Assembly (NCBI GenBank): GCA_964187785.1
Contig: OZ076414.1
Location: 4,278,001-4,342,000 of the forward strand
Source: Amphiscolops sp. MND2022
Lineage: Eukaryota
Direction of reading: 5' to 3'
Length of the DNA stretch: 64,000 nucleotides
Below are positions 11,600 to 25,000 of this stretch, piece by piece. Position numbers and translations under genes: made by a program. The notes below the pieces were generated by a model that searched no databases, was not told the origin of the DNA, and saw nothing but the letters and a program-made list of their open reading frames with translations. The first letter of the stretch is position 1. Each line of letters begins with the position of its first letter.

Positions 11600-14500
11600 A
11601 GTGGTCACGGGTTCATTCGGGAGGCTCTTGCTCCCTTTCACCGTCAAACCATACGTCCGAGGAATCCTGATTGTGGGAATTGATACTATTGACGTGAACT
11701 ACCTGAAAACCAAGTATCCTCACTTTGAACCAATATCTTTGCAGAATTACAGCTACGATCATTGGTCAGGACGTGTTTCACTTTTTCCGCCCACTGCAGC
11801 ATTTGCAATCCGACCGAAAGAAAGCTCCAGTTGCCCTCAATCTACCGTTGAGCTCTATAAAAACAAAACCTTCTCTATCTGCTTCTGGGTTTCATTCGAC
11901 TTGTTTAAAGGCTGTTTCTTTCATCAAGGACGTTCATTCGGAACTAGTTGACCAACTCCGTAGCTGGTTTGATATGGAATCATACAGAGCTTTCAAACAA
12001 GTGGATTCCCGTTCCGATGCCGATGCGAGAGCGGAGAGGATACTTGAGGACACGACATACCACGACGGGTGCCGATACCAGGTTGGTATGCTTTGGGCTG
12101 AGGACGAAAACAGTTTACTGAACAACAACTTTTCTGTCCTCGTTCAGCTCAAATCGCTAGAACGCTGTCTCGCGAAAAAAGTCATATTTGAAAGAATTAT
12201 ACTCCAAGCGATTCAAGACGACATTTCATTGTGAACGTCGACAGTGCCGGTTGCTTCATTGTGAATGAAATCTGCGAGTGGTACTTTCCGCACCACACCA
12301 TAATTCAACCTCACAAATCGGGCAAAGTTCGACGAGTGTTGAACGGCGCTGTCAAGCTTTAAGGTCAGTTCTCTACAGAACCTTATTCACAATTTGATTC
12401 GAAGCCGTCAACATCCAGACGCTGGGTCCGCTGACTATGAGGGAATGTTCCTACATCATTTCGTTTCCTGTGGTGCAAAATTTTCTAATTTCCCGAAGTT
12501 GCCGAAAACCGCATTAACAACTTACATGGATGACTACTTACAATCCAGCCCACCGCAGAAGAAGCTACCCGGAAAGCTAAGGATCAAGTAAAATTGTTTT
12601 CGATAGGTGGTTTCAAACTAGCAAACTTCGCCTCAAACGTGCGTACCATCCCGCCACAACGAGACACCGACCTCAAGTCACCAACCGAACGCAAAGAAAT
12701 CCCCAGCACCGAAACATTGTCACATGTGTTGGGACAAAAGTGGAACCACAGTGCCGACACCCTCGTAATCAGCCGTGTCACGACGTCAAGTCGAAACTAG
12801 TTCAAAGGATCGTTTTGAGTTTCATCTCTTCAGTGTACAAACCGATTGAACTTGTCAAAACACGCCTACTGCTAAAGAATTTCTGGAGATTACGTGATCA
12901 GCAATGGGATGATGAGTTACCGCCTAAATTAACAACCAAGTTCCTTGACTGGAGAAAAAAACTATCACCTATCACGTCTGAGCGACATAGTCATTCCACG
13001 AGCTTATTTCCAGGGAAAAGTCAAACATTGGAACTTCGCCTATTCGGTGAAAGTTCACAAGACCTGTTCAGCGCTGTCGCTTCGCTAAGTGCTAGAGTTA
13101 TCAAGGAAATTTGCAAGCAAAAGCGCAACTCGCCTTCGTGTTAGGAAAGATCAAAATCGTACCCATGAAATTCTTGACAGTTCTAAAACTTGAACTATTG
13201 TCGTCTTTACTAGAAGCGAAGCTTAGAAAAGAAGTTTAGAAAGTGTTGACACTGGAGATGAGTATGACTTTCAATAGGACCGACGGCACAACGGACTTGC
13301 AGTGGATACACTTTCTGGATATGCAGCCAGTCGTTGTTGCGAACCGTGTCGCGGAAGTTTTGGACCTCAGCAAAAAACTGACCCATGCAAGCACGCGAGG
13401 CCTGTCAGCAAAGGCATTGGTGTAGAGCAGTTGGCTCAATGAACCGGAGTTTTCGGCAAAATCCGACTCGCAATTCAAACTATTGAAACCACCAAAATTT
13501 AGAGTGAAACATTGACAATAACAACCACAGTGCCGAATAGACTTCTCCCGAAAATGAAATGGCTCTCAGATCCATTGCAAGCATCAACACATCAACTTTC
13601 GAGTGGCATAAACATCGCTCTTTCGAGAAACTTTTGCATGTTGTTGCCTACCTGATGGCTCTAAAACCCAAAAAAGAAGCCTATCGGTAAAAAAGGTATC
13701 ATCTGAAAAAGGGATCATCACGGACCCAGTTGAACTTGAGAATGCACAAACGGAGCTTCTCTACCTGGCACAATTGGAAACATTCTCCATATAAAAGAAG
13801 CTGGTGCTGAAGGACTCAGCACTTAGCAGTTCCTCTAGAAGTTCACAGTTTTCCCCCTTCATTGGACCCAAAGGTATATCTCGGGCAACTGGCGGAACAG
13901 AACAACTTGACTTATCGAGTTTTGATGTAGAACATCCTGTCTCGCATCCCATCCAGTTTTAGTTCTGAGATGTGCAACTTGTCGAAAAGGTCGAGCTGAG
14001 ACTATCAATCAGATGATGGTTGACCTTCCACAAGAAATACTTGCTTCCAGGGAGCCTCCGTTTACCCACATTGGCTTGGACACTAGCAGCTGCTTAATGG
14101 GAATTGAAAGGTTTACGGCCGGTCAGCGTATCCTATCAGTTTTATAGTCTGATAAGGGAACCAAAGTCATAGCCAGTGATGAAGAACCCCTACATAACTT
14201 TTTCACTTGGAAGTCAAAAGTCTTGTTTGAAGCTCTCGTCAAAAAACGTCTTCTCTAGAAGTCCAACCGACCTAGTTCCCCTCACCATGATAGCCTCTGG
14301 AAACGATTGATTAGAAGCTTCAAACACGTTTACTACGCAGTTCTCGGAAACAGACGCTTAACCGATGAGGTCTTGACAACAACCGTATGCCCTCTTGAGC
14401 AAAGTCTGAATACACAACCGCTAGTACCAGATAGACCTGATGCCACGGATTTGTACGCTTTGACTCCGAACCATCTTTTGCAACAAACTGCGTGTTCCGT

Positions 14501-15074
14501 TTTACCTTCCAATTAGCGTGCTGAAGTTTACCATGGAAAGCGCTATGGAACCGAAGGTTGAAAGAATATGAGCCTTCGCTTTAAAGACATTCGAAATGGT
14601 CCAGCCAACCATAGATACAACTTAAGGCAGGAGACTTAGTTTGGATCGTCGAGTCAACGAGTCCAAGATGACATTACCAACTTGCCCCAGTTGTTAGATT
14701 GAACTTCGGCAGCAGGTTTCTTAGGTTGAACTTCGGCAGAAGTATGTTTCGATGTTCAAACTTTGCTATTTTGAAATTATGTTTGATATTATTTGTCAAC
14801 AAATATATGTTTTTTGCCAGTTGTGCTATTTTGTACTGAGTTAATGTATTATCATTGTTGCCATTAAAACATATGATAATTGAGTGTTGCTTTCCTTCCC
14901 ACTTCCAAAAACGAGATTTAGTCTCCGAGGATTACATTTCTTTTAACGAGTGTAAACTTCATCACCATTAAGCTCTTCGTCACAACTCTACCCTCGTGTT
15001 GTTGACACTCCTTGACCCAGCTTCGCCCTTAGAATCCCAACTTGATAATATACGAGCAACCTACTCACCCTACA
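11600..15074 (+). mobile_element. Decayed Bel/Pao LTR retrotransposon (5'-truncated pol plus putative 3' LTR)
   Basis: Motifs in order: IIGQDVFHFFRPL, YQVGMLW, QWDDELP, ELRLFGESSQ (RNase H), FVLGKIKIVPMKFLTVLKLEL, DGTTDLQWI, VANRVAEVL, PPFTHIGLD, LTPNHLL (integrase). Many stops and frameshifts. Confidence 0.9.
14745..15074 (+). repeat. Putative 3' LTR of the Bel/Pao element
   Basis: TG after GGCAGAAGTA, ending ..CCCTACA. No second copy is present to confirm it. Confidence 0.4.
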
Positions 15075-15557
15075 TGTGACGACCTCTACCGAAACGTTAC
15101 TTCAAGCATTCTCAACATCGTTTAATTGTCTCTCCATTGACACGCCATCATCTGCTTGGTTTCCAACGTTTCGGACAATGAACCAAATAGTTGAATATAC
15201 TACATTCCTTCATCAATGTCTAAACTAGATATTATTTAATCTTTTTTATTTATCTATTTCCCAGTCACTTCATAAAAACTTACCTCCTGACTAGTCGGGT
15301 CTTCATTGCTTCTTCTGTTTGACATATCTTATACCTACTATATTTCATAACTGCGCCACTATGTTATATGCTTCCATCCTGGTTTTTCGGGTGATTGGTC
15401 AAACTGACAAAAAACTTAGATTATTCAGCTTATTCTTTGTATCAAATTTAGGTAAAGTTTGATTGTGATATCTAAAGAAAACATACAAAACTAATAGGTA
15501 CTTTATATGGCGTATTTTGAACTTTTTTTTACTGCTATCGAGATAGTGAAAATCTTT

Positions 15558-15853
15558 TCAAAATTCGAGGTGAAATTGTTTACTAACAAGAGTTTGAAGA
15601 AGCTCATATCGTGAAACAAAATTATCAGCCCGAACTTCTAACTCTTCTCCAAATGCTTCTACGTTATCCATGTATACCGCGTTATTGTGAACCACAATTG
15701 CCGTGCTGTTGTGAGAGCCACAGAAAAACGTCATTTTCATATTTCCAACATGCACGATGTGTGAACTGCAGGGTTGGCATCTTTCTGTCACTGTTTTTTC
15801 GTAATAGAACGTTACATTTGGACATAAGTATACTGCTAATGTTTCTTCACATT
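15558..15853 (-). pseudogene. F-type-lectin-like gene, domain 3 C-half exon
   Basis: Acceptor CATTTTTCAG at 15854, phase 1. ETLAVYLC..CQPC..FFCG..VYMDNVEAFGEEL aligns with domain 2 (GTLVFVC..CFPC..HC..EIEVYGEEL). The 3' boundary is uncertain. Confidence 0.6.
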
Positions 15854-16598
15854 CTGAAAAATGTTTGAAAAACAAAAAATTATGTGAAGATAAAAATGAA
15901 GGGTGACTTTTTAAAAGAGTTTACCTTAATAACAAGACGCCAGCTATGCATCGGTATATATTCCGCCTTCATTCGCTAAGAATAAAGGCTTAATTGAAAA
16001 TATACATCCTTCTTGGTGAAACGTACTACGTATTCTATTTCGGATATAACGTCAAAAGTTCGGAAATTGCGTGCTGGGACAAATGGGAGCTCTCTTTCCA
16101 GGCACCAGGATAATAATAAAAAGTGGAGTAAAAAGTGGAGATTTGGCAAAATTTGGAAAAAAACGCAACACAGATTATGATTTTCCTCATCCATTCACTA
16201 TTAACTTTGTGGGGGCGGAAAAAACTGTTTCATATTTCATCGCTGATTGGCGGTTATTCACATCACCATAAATTTTCTACAGTTTGGGTCATTGTGTTTT
16301 CGTGAAAACCAATGATACATCCATGATATATCGATAAATCTTTGGTGGGATTTTTTATTCATGCTGTGAAAAAGTTTTCTAGCGAAAATCTTGCAAGAAT
16401 GAAGTACTATCGGTTCAAAAACTGTTCTAAAATAAAATTTTACATATAAGTTGAAACCTTTTTGTTTAACTTGAATTAGTTTCGAAGCTTTCACCTCTTT
16501 TTTTAAATTATCGGTTGAATTGTTGATTTTTGACCTAGAGTAACTACTAAGGATTTTAATGACCAGCGAGTAATTTTTTCATTCAGCGATTGACCTAC

Positions 16599-16754
16599 CT
16601 TTAGGATATTCGGATTTGAAAGTAATCTGCACTCGATGAATTCTTGCCAAATAATGTTGATAAGAGGCTTCAGTTCCCTAACAGCTCTCAAGGGATCCTC
16701 CGTTGAATGAGCTCTGAGCGCCGCCTGGAAGGTCGATCTGTTTATTTCCGCGAT
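16599..16754 (-). pseudogene. F-type-lectin-like gene, domain 3 N-half exon (156 bp, phase 1-1) with in-frame TAG
   Basis: TTTTCTTTCAG acceptor and AG|GTAGGT donor. Translation DRGNKQIDLPGGAQSSFNGGSLESC*GTEASYQHYLARIHRVQITFKSEYPK. Confidence 0.6.
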
Positions 16755-17644
16755 CTGAAAGAAAAATTACAAGATTTATAATCGTAAGATGTATAATATT
16801 GGGCGATACTTTGGTTTTTGAAAAAACAGAGCTTCACTTTGAAAAATTATTCTATAAAATATAACACTTTTGCGCAAAAGGAAGACTGTTCAAGCTGAAG
16901 AAGTACTTTTCTCTCTGAAATAAAAACGCATTTTCTTCACATTTAGGGAACAAACAATTTTAGTTTCAGCTGGGGAGATATTTGTTCTACTCTTTTTCTG
17001 TCACAAGTTTCTGTCATAACTTCTACATCTTGAATTCGAATGCAAGGCTGGAAGCCACTTGCATAGAAATTAACGTGAGTTTCCCTTCGTGATAAGTTAG
17101 TTTCTCTGTGTGTACTTGTGTTCGAATCCCACCCTATTTGATTTTTTTGTCTGCGAAGGTACAGGAAAGACCATATTGTCTAAAAATTGGCACAATAAAA
17201 TTTTCCCTGAGTTACTTCAATCGAAGGGGGTCCTTCGGAATGTTTTTGCTGTAACCGTATATGACAAATATCGCAGTGCTACTGCGCCTCTTGTTTCAAA
17301 ATAGTTTCGAAATCTTCAAAGTTCGGAACAAACTTTGAGTGGTGCAATCAAGGGCTCTTTTCGGTTTTCCTCCACCACCAGTTTTTGATAAGGAAATCAG
17401 CCGCTTCCTGTTTTGAGTCACAAAATCAGTTAATTTTCAACATAATCACAGTCAAAATCTATGAAAAACGTTTTGTTCAAACGAAAACTAATCCAACAGA
17501 AGATAAGTTCCTGTTATGGGAAAAAAATCATTTTACTTCGGCCTATCTGAAAAATACTTGTATGAAATTTCGTAATAAAATTAGTAGATGATATTGGGGG
17601 GGGGGGTGGTAAACAGAAAAGAGCCCAATCAAGTTCTAGTTTAC

Positions 17645-17848
17645 CCAGTTCTTCGCCGTACACCTCGATTTCGCACACAGTCAGGGGCCCGTAATAGTTG
17701 ACGAGTCTGACTTGATTGCCTTCTATCATTCCAGTTGTGCAGTGCACAGTAGCCCATGACCCTGGATCTTCTTTTCTAACTGGTCCACAGGGAAAACACT
17801 TCTCGACATATCCAATTGAGCAGACAAACACCAAAGTGCCTTCGATAG
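17645..17848 (-). CDS. F-type-lectin-like gene, domain 2 C-half exon (204 bp, phase 1-1)
   Basis: CTTCAG acceptor and G|GTAAAC donor. IEGTLVFVCS..KCFPCG..VHCTTGMIEGNQVRLVNYYGPLTVCEIEVYG matches the FTP-domain ending L.LCEVEVYG. Confidence 0.8.
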
Positions 17849-18144
17849 CTGAAGCAGATGAAGATGATTTTAAGAGCAAGATACCTTCGTAGATTAGGAT
17901 TGGATATCAAAGATGAAATCCAAGGGGAAATGCTGCTTTAGAAAAACGAAGGCATGTTAACTCGTTTAATTTTTTTTTCACTTTGAGGGATATTTGGCTT
18001 TTCAAAATGGTTCTTCAAGACATTATGTAGACCTACGGACTTACAGTTTTTTTCGGATTGAGCTTGAAAATTTCTGAAGACTTAGACCCGAAGCATTAGT
18101 GCTCATCGCTAATTGGAGTCCATAATATGATGTAACCCACTAAC

Positions 18145-18348
18145 ATGCTTTGTCAGATGATTTCAGAAGGGTCACATGTGTTACGTAAGAATGTGGAATT
18201 ACGACAGCGACCTCGGCAGCAGCCGCGGTTTGACTAGACACAAAACAGTCATCATTTCCAGTTGTCAAGAATCCGTCATACATCTTGGAGAGACTGTTTG
18301 TCGGCGAGAGGGATTCCCCTCGAGGAAAAGATACAGGGAGCTTCCGAA
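18145..18348 (-). CDS. F-type-lectin-like gene, domain 2 N-half exon (204 bp, phase 1-1)
   Basis: CTGCAG acceptor and T|GTTAGT donor. RKLPVS..SKMYDGFLTTGNDDCFVSSQ..VTHVTLLKS splices in frame to the 17848 exon. Confidence 0.75.
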
Positions 18349-18975
18349 CTGCAGTCTCGAAAATCACTGCCAAAAAGTCAAATGGTTACTAAAAAAGAAG
18401 GCGTAGATTAGTACCTTGGTTGGAACTGCATGAAATTTTTACAAGTTTCTGTAGGTTACAAAACTAATTCTCCATGAATTAAAAAAAATCAATAAAAACG
18501 TAACCGACAAATAAAAAAGTTCACTGAATTGATTTAATTTTATCAGGCTGCCTATAAGATTCATCCTAAATTTGGCGGCAATTCTGCGCCGCAAAGTTTT
18601 GCAGGTTTTATTAAAACGCCCTTCTAATTTTGAAAGTAACTGAGACCGTCATCATTTTCAATACAAATAAACTTCAAACACAATAGAAGTTTCAAAGTCG
18701 CGCCATATTCAGCGTGCTATCTGACTAACGGTGATAACATAAGATACTTACTTAAGAAGCTTACGCGTGAAAAGAAAGTGATCGCGGCGGTGAAGAAGTG
18801 AAAAAGTTTTCAGTTTTTATTGAAATAATGGAAGCTGCATTGTAATACTACAAAATGTTTCCCCGCATGGTCCCGGAATTTTTGTGAAAAAATTGCCTGC
18901 ACGTTTCCATGCAGCATGTGAAAAGTTCAAGCAATCTCGACTAGGGTAATGATGATGAATAGAGGAGAGACTTAC

Positions 18976-19440
18976 CATGGCCAAAAAACAGGATCTCGCA
19001 GAAAAGTGCAGCTTCGTTGACAATCGTCATCTTGACTAGATTTCCTTGAACTCCGTTATTTTGACAGAAAATGTGTCGGTACCAAAATGTGTTGTCATAA
19101 GTGACAATCTCAGCAAACTCGTAGTGCAGAAAAGAAGCGGACCCACAAAAAGAGCAAGAACCGTCCTTGTTGGAACAAATCTCGAACCGTGCAACTGTTT
19201 CTTCCCATGGGGGTGTTATTTTATGCAGGACAGCAATTAACGTTATATTCGCCCATGGAATTGAATAGGTGATACTAGCACGTTTCAAGGAAGTAGGGTT
19301 AAATTAGTTTGACTAGTGGCAATGCAAGTTGCAGACAGATTTAAGTGAAGCCCATCAGAAATGGTTGCACAATTAAAGTAACATTTTTCAATTTTGCGCC
19401 AAGGTGGAAGCTGTAGAACTTTGGCAAGTTTTTTTACACT
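18976..19440 (-). pseudogene. F-type-lectin-like gene, domain 1, with apparent frameshift near 19300
   Basis: One frame gives VKKLA..ATISDG..TCIATSQT; a shifted frame gives ASITYSIPWANITLIAVL..CSFCG..FCQNNGVQGNLV..ALFCEILFFG, then donor G|GTAAGT. The 5' boundary is uncertain. Confidence 0.65.
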
Positions 19441-19859
19441 TTAAAATCGAAAAGAAACGTCTTGGGCCTTTTCCACAACGATTGGATTTTTAAACAAATC
19501 TTCCTTGGTTCAAAAGATATACACAAGTACACAATTGACAAGTAACCAGTGACGCAGTTTTATTTTGCGCACAGTGGGTTTGAAAAGTTTAAAGGATAGA
19601 CGAAAAACTGTTGTATTTTTTGTTTATTTATTTGTCGTATTTATTCTATTTTATTCGTTTACATTTAGTTAAAGTAGTTGCTTCTCCGAAGTCCAATTAT
19701 TTAGAATCAAAAATTGCAACAAATGATGTAGGTTCAAGTTATTTAGACCCGAATTATACAGGATCAACAAGCCGGGAACAGCATAAATCGGCGCCATATC
19801 TAAGGCTCGAAATTACCAAGAGGACTTCAAAGTATCAAGTATTTTTTACAGTACCAGAA

Positions 19860-20250
19860 AAACTCAAACTTTGACCGAATTGACGAATTCACGCGACGGA
19901 GGGACTCTTCGGTGTTTTTAAGCATCCATTTTGTTGCAAAACATAAAGAAACAATGAAAGTGGATTCTTCGGAGAAACAAAAATTTTGAAAAAAAGTCTC
20001 ACAATGCCAAAAAATCTGAAACGAGGGTGTTTGGGATTTTCCATTATCCATTCTGTCTCAAAATACCAAAAAAATTGAAGGGGACCCTTCGGAAAAAAGA
20101 TCGGAAAAAAATCTGACAATGCCAAAAAAATGAAAGGGGGAATTCTTTAGTATGTAGTCGGTTTTGTTTGTAACGCTGAAAACGAGAAAACTTTCATATT
20201 TCAGCTCCTCGTGCCAAATGGTCCACTTTGGCACCTTGAAGTTTCGTAGA
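19860..20250 (+). mobile_element. Dispersed repeat R1 copy
   Basis: AAAAAAGTCTCACAATGCCAAAAA, GGGGACCCTTCGG and AAAGGGGGAATTCTTTAGT match 52.2-52.45 kb. Confidence 0.7.
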
Positions 20251-22033
20251 ACTTTGTAGAACTAATTTTGAAAAAAAAGAGTCAATATTATAGTTGTGTT
20301 TCACTTCGTGAAGCGTCGACCAAAAATGACCTTCTCATCGTAAACTTGCCAATAAAAATTGGCCGGTTGACTTGGCTTTTTTCTTCCGGAGCACTTTGTG
20401 CTCCTCCAGGTCGGCCTTCGCTGAAACCTGACACTGACGAAGTAGTGACACGTCGCTCTGCTTATTTCGTTCATGCATCTAGGACATTATATGTATGAAG
20501 TCATAGTAACAGAATTTTCACCTTTTTCGATCCTAGACAAAATCAAGTCTCAATGCGGTCGAAGATTAGTTTTGCCAAGTTTGTGATGAGATGTAATTCC
20601 ACTCTGCAAAGAAACCTCAATTTAACTACTGATGTTAAGAACGTTCATGGGCACTAGTTTGATGTTATCTGCATCTACATGCTTTATTTCCAACTCAGTT
20701 CGGAGAAAAACTTCTAGGGATAACCTAGATAACTGTCCGATGAACTTTTTTACTTTTTTACTAGAAAACTTTGGAAAAAAATAATTCGGGTCCCCAGTCC
20801 CTTGTGCCATTGGTTTGGTTGTGGATACATATTTTGCTTTCATCAGCAAGGCCGTTGGTTCGTTCATCACAGTAGTCACAGGATACGTAGGGGTCTTTGT
20901 TTTGTATATAGATATTGGAGAAAGCACCTGAAGCGTAAATACTAAATATTTTTTCCTTTTTTACGTGGCTGGTTTTGCGTAAGCTTCTTCCATTCATTGG
21001 TAAACCAAATACGATTCCCAAAGATGAATTCTACAAAACATTAAGCAGTCAAAAACACTGAACTTTTCAACCCATTGCCGAACACTAAAACGTTTGAGAC
21101 AATTGTGGCTGTTTTGCGTTATTAGTTGAAACTGCTGGAATGTAACGTCATCAACAAATTTTTGACATTTTTTTGAAAAATTCGTTGGAAGCTGACGTGG
21201 CCCTCGAGCATGGTTTTGGCAAAGTACCTGTCAGAGGAAATTATAGAGAGACAGAAGGAGAAGTGCCCCGCGAAGAGAGAGCGAGAACAAAACGCGTGTT
21301 TAGCACGAACAGGTCAGAAGAAGACAGCAAAGTGCCTGTATCCACGGTGTTTGCCTGCTGAAATCAAGTTTTGCAGGACTAACCCGGAAATCAGCATGAC
21401 GGCTTGATTGCAGTACCCGTGCCCGTGGGTTCTGCCCAGCCCGAGCACTGGTGCCATGCCGCCCGAAAGCCCACCCGCTTCGCCAATCTGGACTTTATTG
21501 CCGTAATTGATGTATTTGTTTGATTAACTATTAGCTCGAGGGCTACTCTTACAATGTGCTTTAACCCAGATTCCCGCTGGTAAAATTCACTTCTACACTA
21601 CCTTGTTGTTTTCAGGTGTGATTATGGCATTTTTGGGGAGAAAAACCAGTAAATGCATGTTTTGTGATGTTGTGATGTGTTAGCCCATCAGCGGGTAGAT
21701 GTTTTGTAGGTTTTAGTAGTTACCGTAGCACATGGCTACGGGTGTTTAGCAGGTATTTCCAGCTATTTTCAGTTTTTTGAGCTATGCAAGACAGCCGCCG
21801 ATGGAGGAAAAGCGACCGAGGGACGAAATGGAGTGTTGTGGTTCGTTGTTTCCCCTTTCTCGAGGAGACGTCCGAGAGGGACGATTTCTGGTGGACAGCC
21901 AGTGCAAGTGCTGACGATGTTAACGGTCTAAACCGCAAGTCTCTAGCTGGTCGGGGTGTGGAGAAATTGCGTGGTGAGGGCACGTCACTTTGGACCAGAA
22001 GTGTCGCTCAGATGGGTCATGGTTCCCGAAAAA

Positions 22034-25000
22034 TTTGAGTTCGCACTTTTTTCGTGGGGAATCATCGGTGCAGGTCAGTGACAGTTTTTTGCAATGTAAC
22101 GACACCCTATGGAACGCTTTTGAGCGAAGAAAACAGATTTTGTGCAATTTTGTGTCTTTTGGTGTTTTCGTTGGTTGGAGCACGAGTGCTCCGTAAGTCC
22201 AACGTAGCCATGCAAAAAAGAGCAAAAGTAACCTCGAGCCCTGAGGAACTCGGGAAAATAATTGTTAACCCTTCCCGCGGCTCTTTCAGGTAGAAAAGAA
22301 GTGATTTGTAGTGAAAAAGTGCGAAAAGTGGGAAAACGGGCGAAAAATTACCTAAAACCACAGGTGTAGTCAGGTGTAAAAGCCTGGGGAGCCGTTGCAA
22401 AGTAGTTTCTCAAAAAGCAAAACACAACCCCAGGGCACTGGAATCAATTTTTGTAGGAAGTTTAGCCGCTCGTGAAACTGCCATTTGGGGCCCTGTAGAG
22501 CACATAGTAGAAAGCTCAGCAGAACAAACCTTAGATTGCACGGGAGATCTTTCGCGCTCTTATTTTCTGTTTTTGTAGTAAAAACAACGTGTGACGGTGA
22601 AAATCGCATGTGAGAATTCCCCATCAGTGCTGAGAAAAGTAGAAAAACGCACTGAATTCGACCAAATTTCCACGAAACCGGACTGTCCAATTGTTACAGT
22701 CGGGTCATAGATCACCGAACCCTGGCCAAAAAATGGTGGCATTATTGCAACCACCACAAGATTCAACGCTCGTGCCGGAAACTTGATGAGACTAATGCTG
22801 ACCAAACTGGAGTAAAACTCTGACATTTCGACTTCAGAAAGTACTGAAATAGCCGAAAAAAGCCAAAACTGTAAGACCGATAGTGATTCCCATCTATCAG
22901 GCATCACTGATTTAAGGCTCGTGGTAGTGCTGTGACTAGTGGGGTTAAACCCATTTTGCCTGCAGTAACATTTGTAGTGTCGACCCTTGTAGCCAGTTTG
23001 TGAAAAAAGTGCAAAAAAACTGTTTTTGCTAAGATAGTGTCGCTATCAGGTCAAGACATTAGGTAAGCTCTCGGGCTTCCATCGAATCATTGAACCAGCA
23101 TTGTGAGGGCCAGTTGGCACCGCTTACCAAGTTTTTTGTGCAGTAGTTGTTGAGAAATTGTAGAAAACGTACTGCATGAAAAGAGGTGCAAAAGGGCAAG
23201 TTTTTCGACATTTTTTGGTAGTGCCTGTACACCTTAGCCGAAGAGTGGGGACGAATTGTAGTCCACTAACAAAACTTGTGCTAGTTGATGCACTGTTACC
23301 GAGAACACCGAACCGCTAACTGATACCAGTGTTGGGAAATTGTGCAAAAAGCGTGCATTTTGACTCCTACTGATACATAGGTGTACCGCACGTCTGTACC
23401 AAGGCGAAATTGTGTACAAGCATCGGAGCCCGAATCGACGTTTACCACCGTGATTCTACGTGTGCGTAAGATCCTCAGGCCAATTTTGAGCCGACCCCGA
23501 CCCTCCTGTGACGAGTACGAGCCACTTGTGTTTTTTGCACTGTCCGAGGAAATTCAAAAATTGTCATAAACCGTTCAGTGCTCGCTCCAAGGAACGCGTA
23601 GCCCCTAATCGAGCCTAATTTCTGATTTTGTGGTTTGAAAGCCCCAGCTGGACTCACTTTGAGCTCGCTACGACCCCTAGAAGCGATTTCGAGTCTTTTG
23701 AGACGGGCCGAAGGCGAATTTTGGTTAATTCCTCACTGGAACGATCAGCAGTCGCGCACCCTCAAAAGACCCCTAGGTACGAAGCATTTGGCCTCTGGGT
23801 ATACCTGACTGCCTGGTTAATCGACCAGAATGGCACACGGCCTTCCCACCCGCAAACGTGATTATTTGGGATTCGCTGGTAACCCCATTAGAGTGCATAG
23901 GCAAGCTAAATTAGCTCAAAGCACAATTTTGTGCTTTCATTATCTCGTACTCCAGGACCATCCCTTTAACCGTCCAAAATTGGCAAATTACGTCATAGCC
24001 TCGGATTCCACGACAAGCAGGAAAATAACTTGCCTATGCACTGTAATGCCAGTGGTGCTTTCGTCGACGGTTCCACTTGCCTCCGCACACTTCCTTACGT
24101 AATAAGTAATTGCTACTCCATGTTTTGGGCTGGCAAAGCGGTCATTGCCCACTTGCTTACGAGCCGTTCAACCGCCACACTCGAAACGAGCGAATCTTGT
24201 ACCTCCGGAGCCACAGGAACGGGCGAGACACAGGAAGTGAGTTCAATTCAACGCGAAAGTTCCGGCAGTGACAGTAACTTGAGCCTGCGGGAATGGCCCT
24301 CAGTGAACTTTTTAGTGACCAATTCCTCTTTTTCAGAAGCAATGTCTGATAGAGTTACTCGACCAAGAGTGGAAGGAAGAGCAAAATGCCATGGCTCTTG
24401 TCTGAGACAATTCATCAGTTTCGGTGGAACTCCTCCCCACTGGGCAATGGATCCAAGACACCAGTAGCGGGTTGACGTCACCACAAACGGGCGGATTTTG
24501 GCCCAACTCAAATAAAACGGCTTTCGAGGCCCCTCCTTTACGAGAAGGGTGCTCGAGGGCAGTCGATGAAGGTAGCAGTCCTGGCAGCACAGCTACCGAT
24601 GCTATCCTTGAGAGCATGACGTATGTGGGCGGCATTAACTATGCCAAGTATCGCTTGGAGGCCAGCCGTCCGAAGGCCTTCGGGAAGCAGGAGAAGGTGC
24701 GTCCTCCGACATTGTGCATGCAGGACGAACTGGACCGTGACAATGCACAGTCAATTCGCGATGGTACCACCTCTATCGCCTCGTCACGGCGATCATCGGC
24801 GTACCGCGCCGCAGAGGAAGCGACAGCAGCCAGAACCGCGATGTTGCAGGCGGAAGCTGAGACACAGCGAGCTTTGGCACGCTTAGTGGATAACCGTGCT
24901 GAGTGCAATGAACAGCATAAAGTCATGGCCGCGGAGCTTGAAGCCATGCAAAGCTCTGTGAAGAAGAGCCTGGGGGCTACTAATCAACAGCACACTGTGC

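Noticed and set aside
20622-21021. Overlapping minus ORFs with CDYC
   Set aside because: No family recognised and no consistent exon boundaries.
23760-23780. Helitron 3' end (CTAG) for the non-coding segment
   Set aside because: No A/T target site and only a weak hairpin; the CTAG may lie within the Gypsy coding frame.
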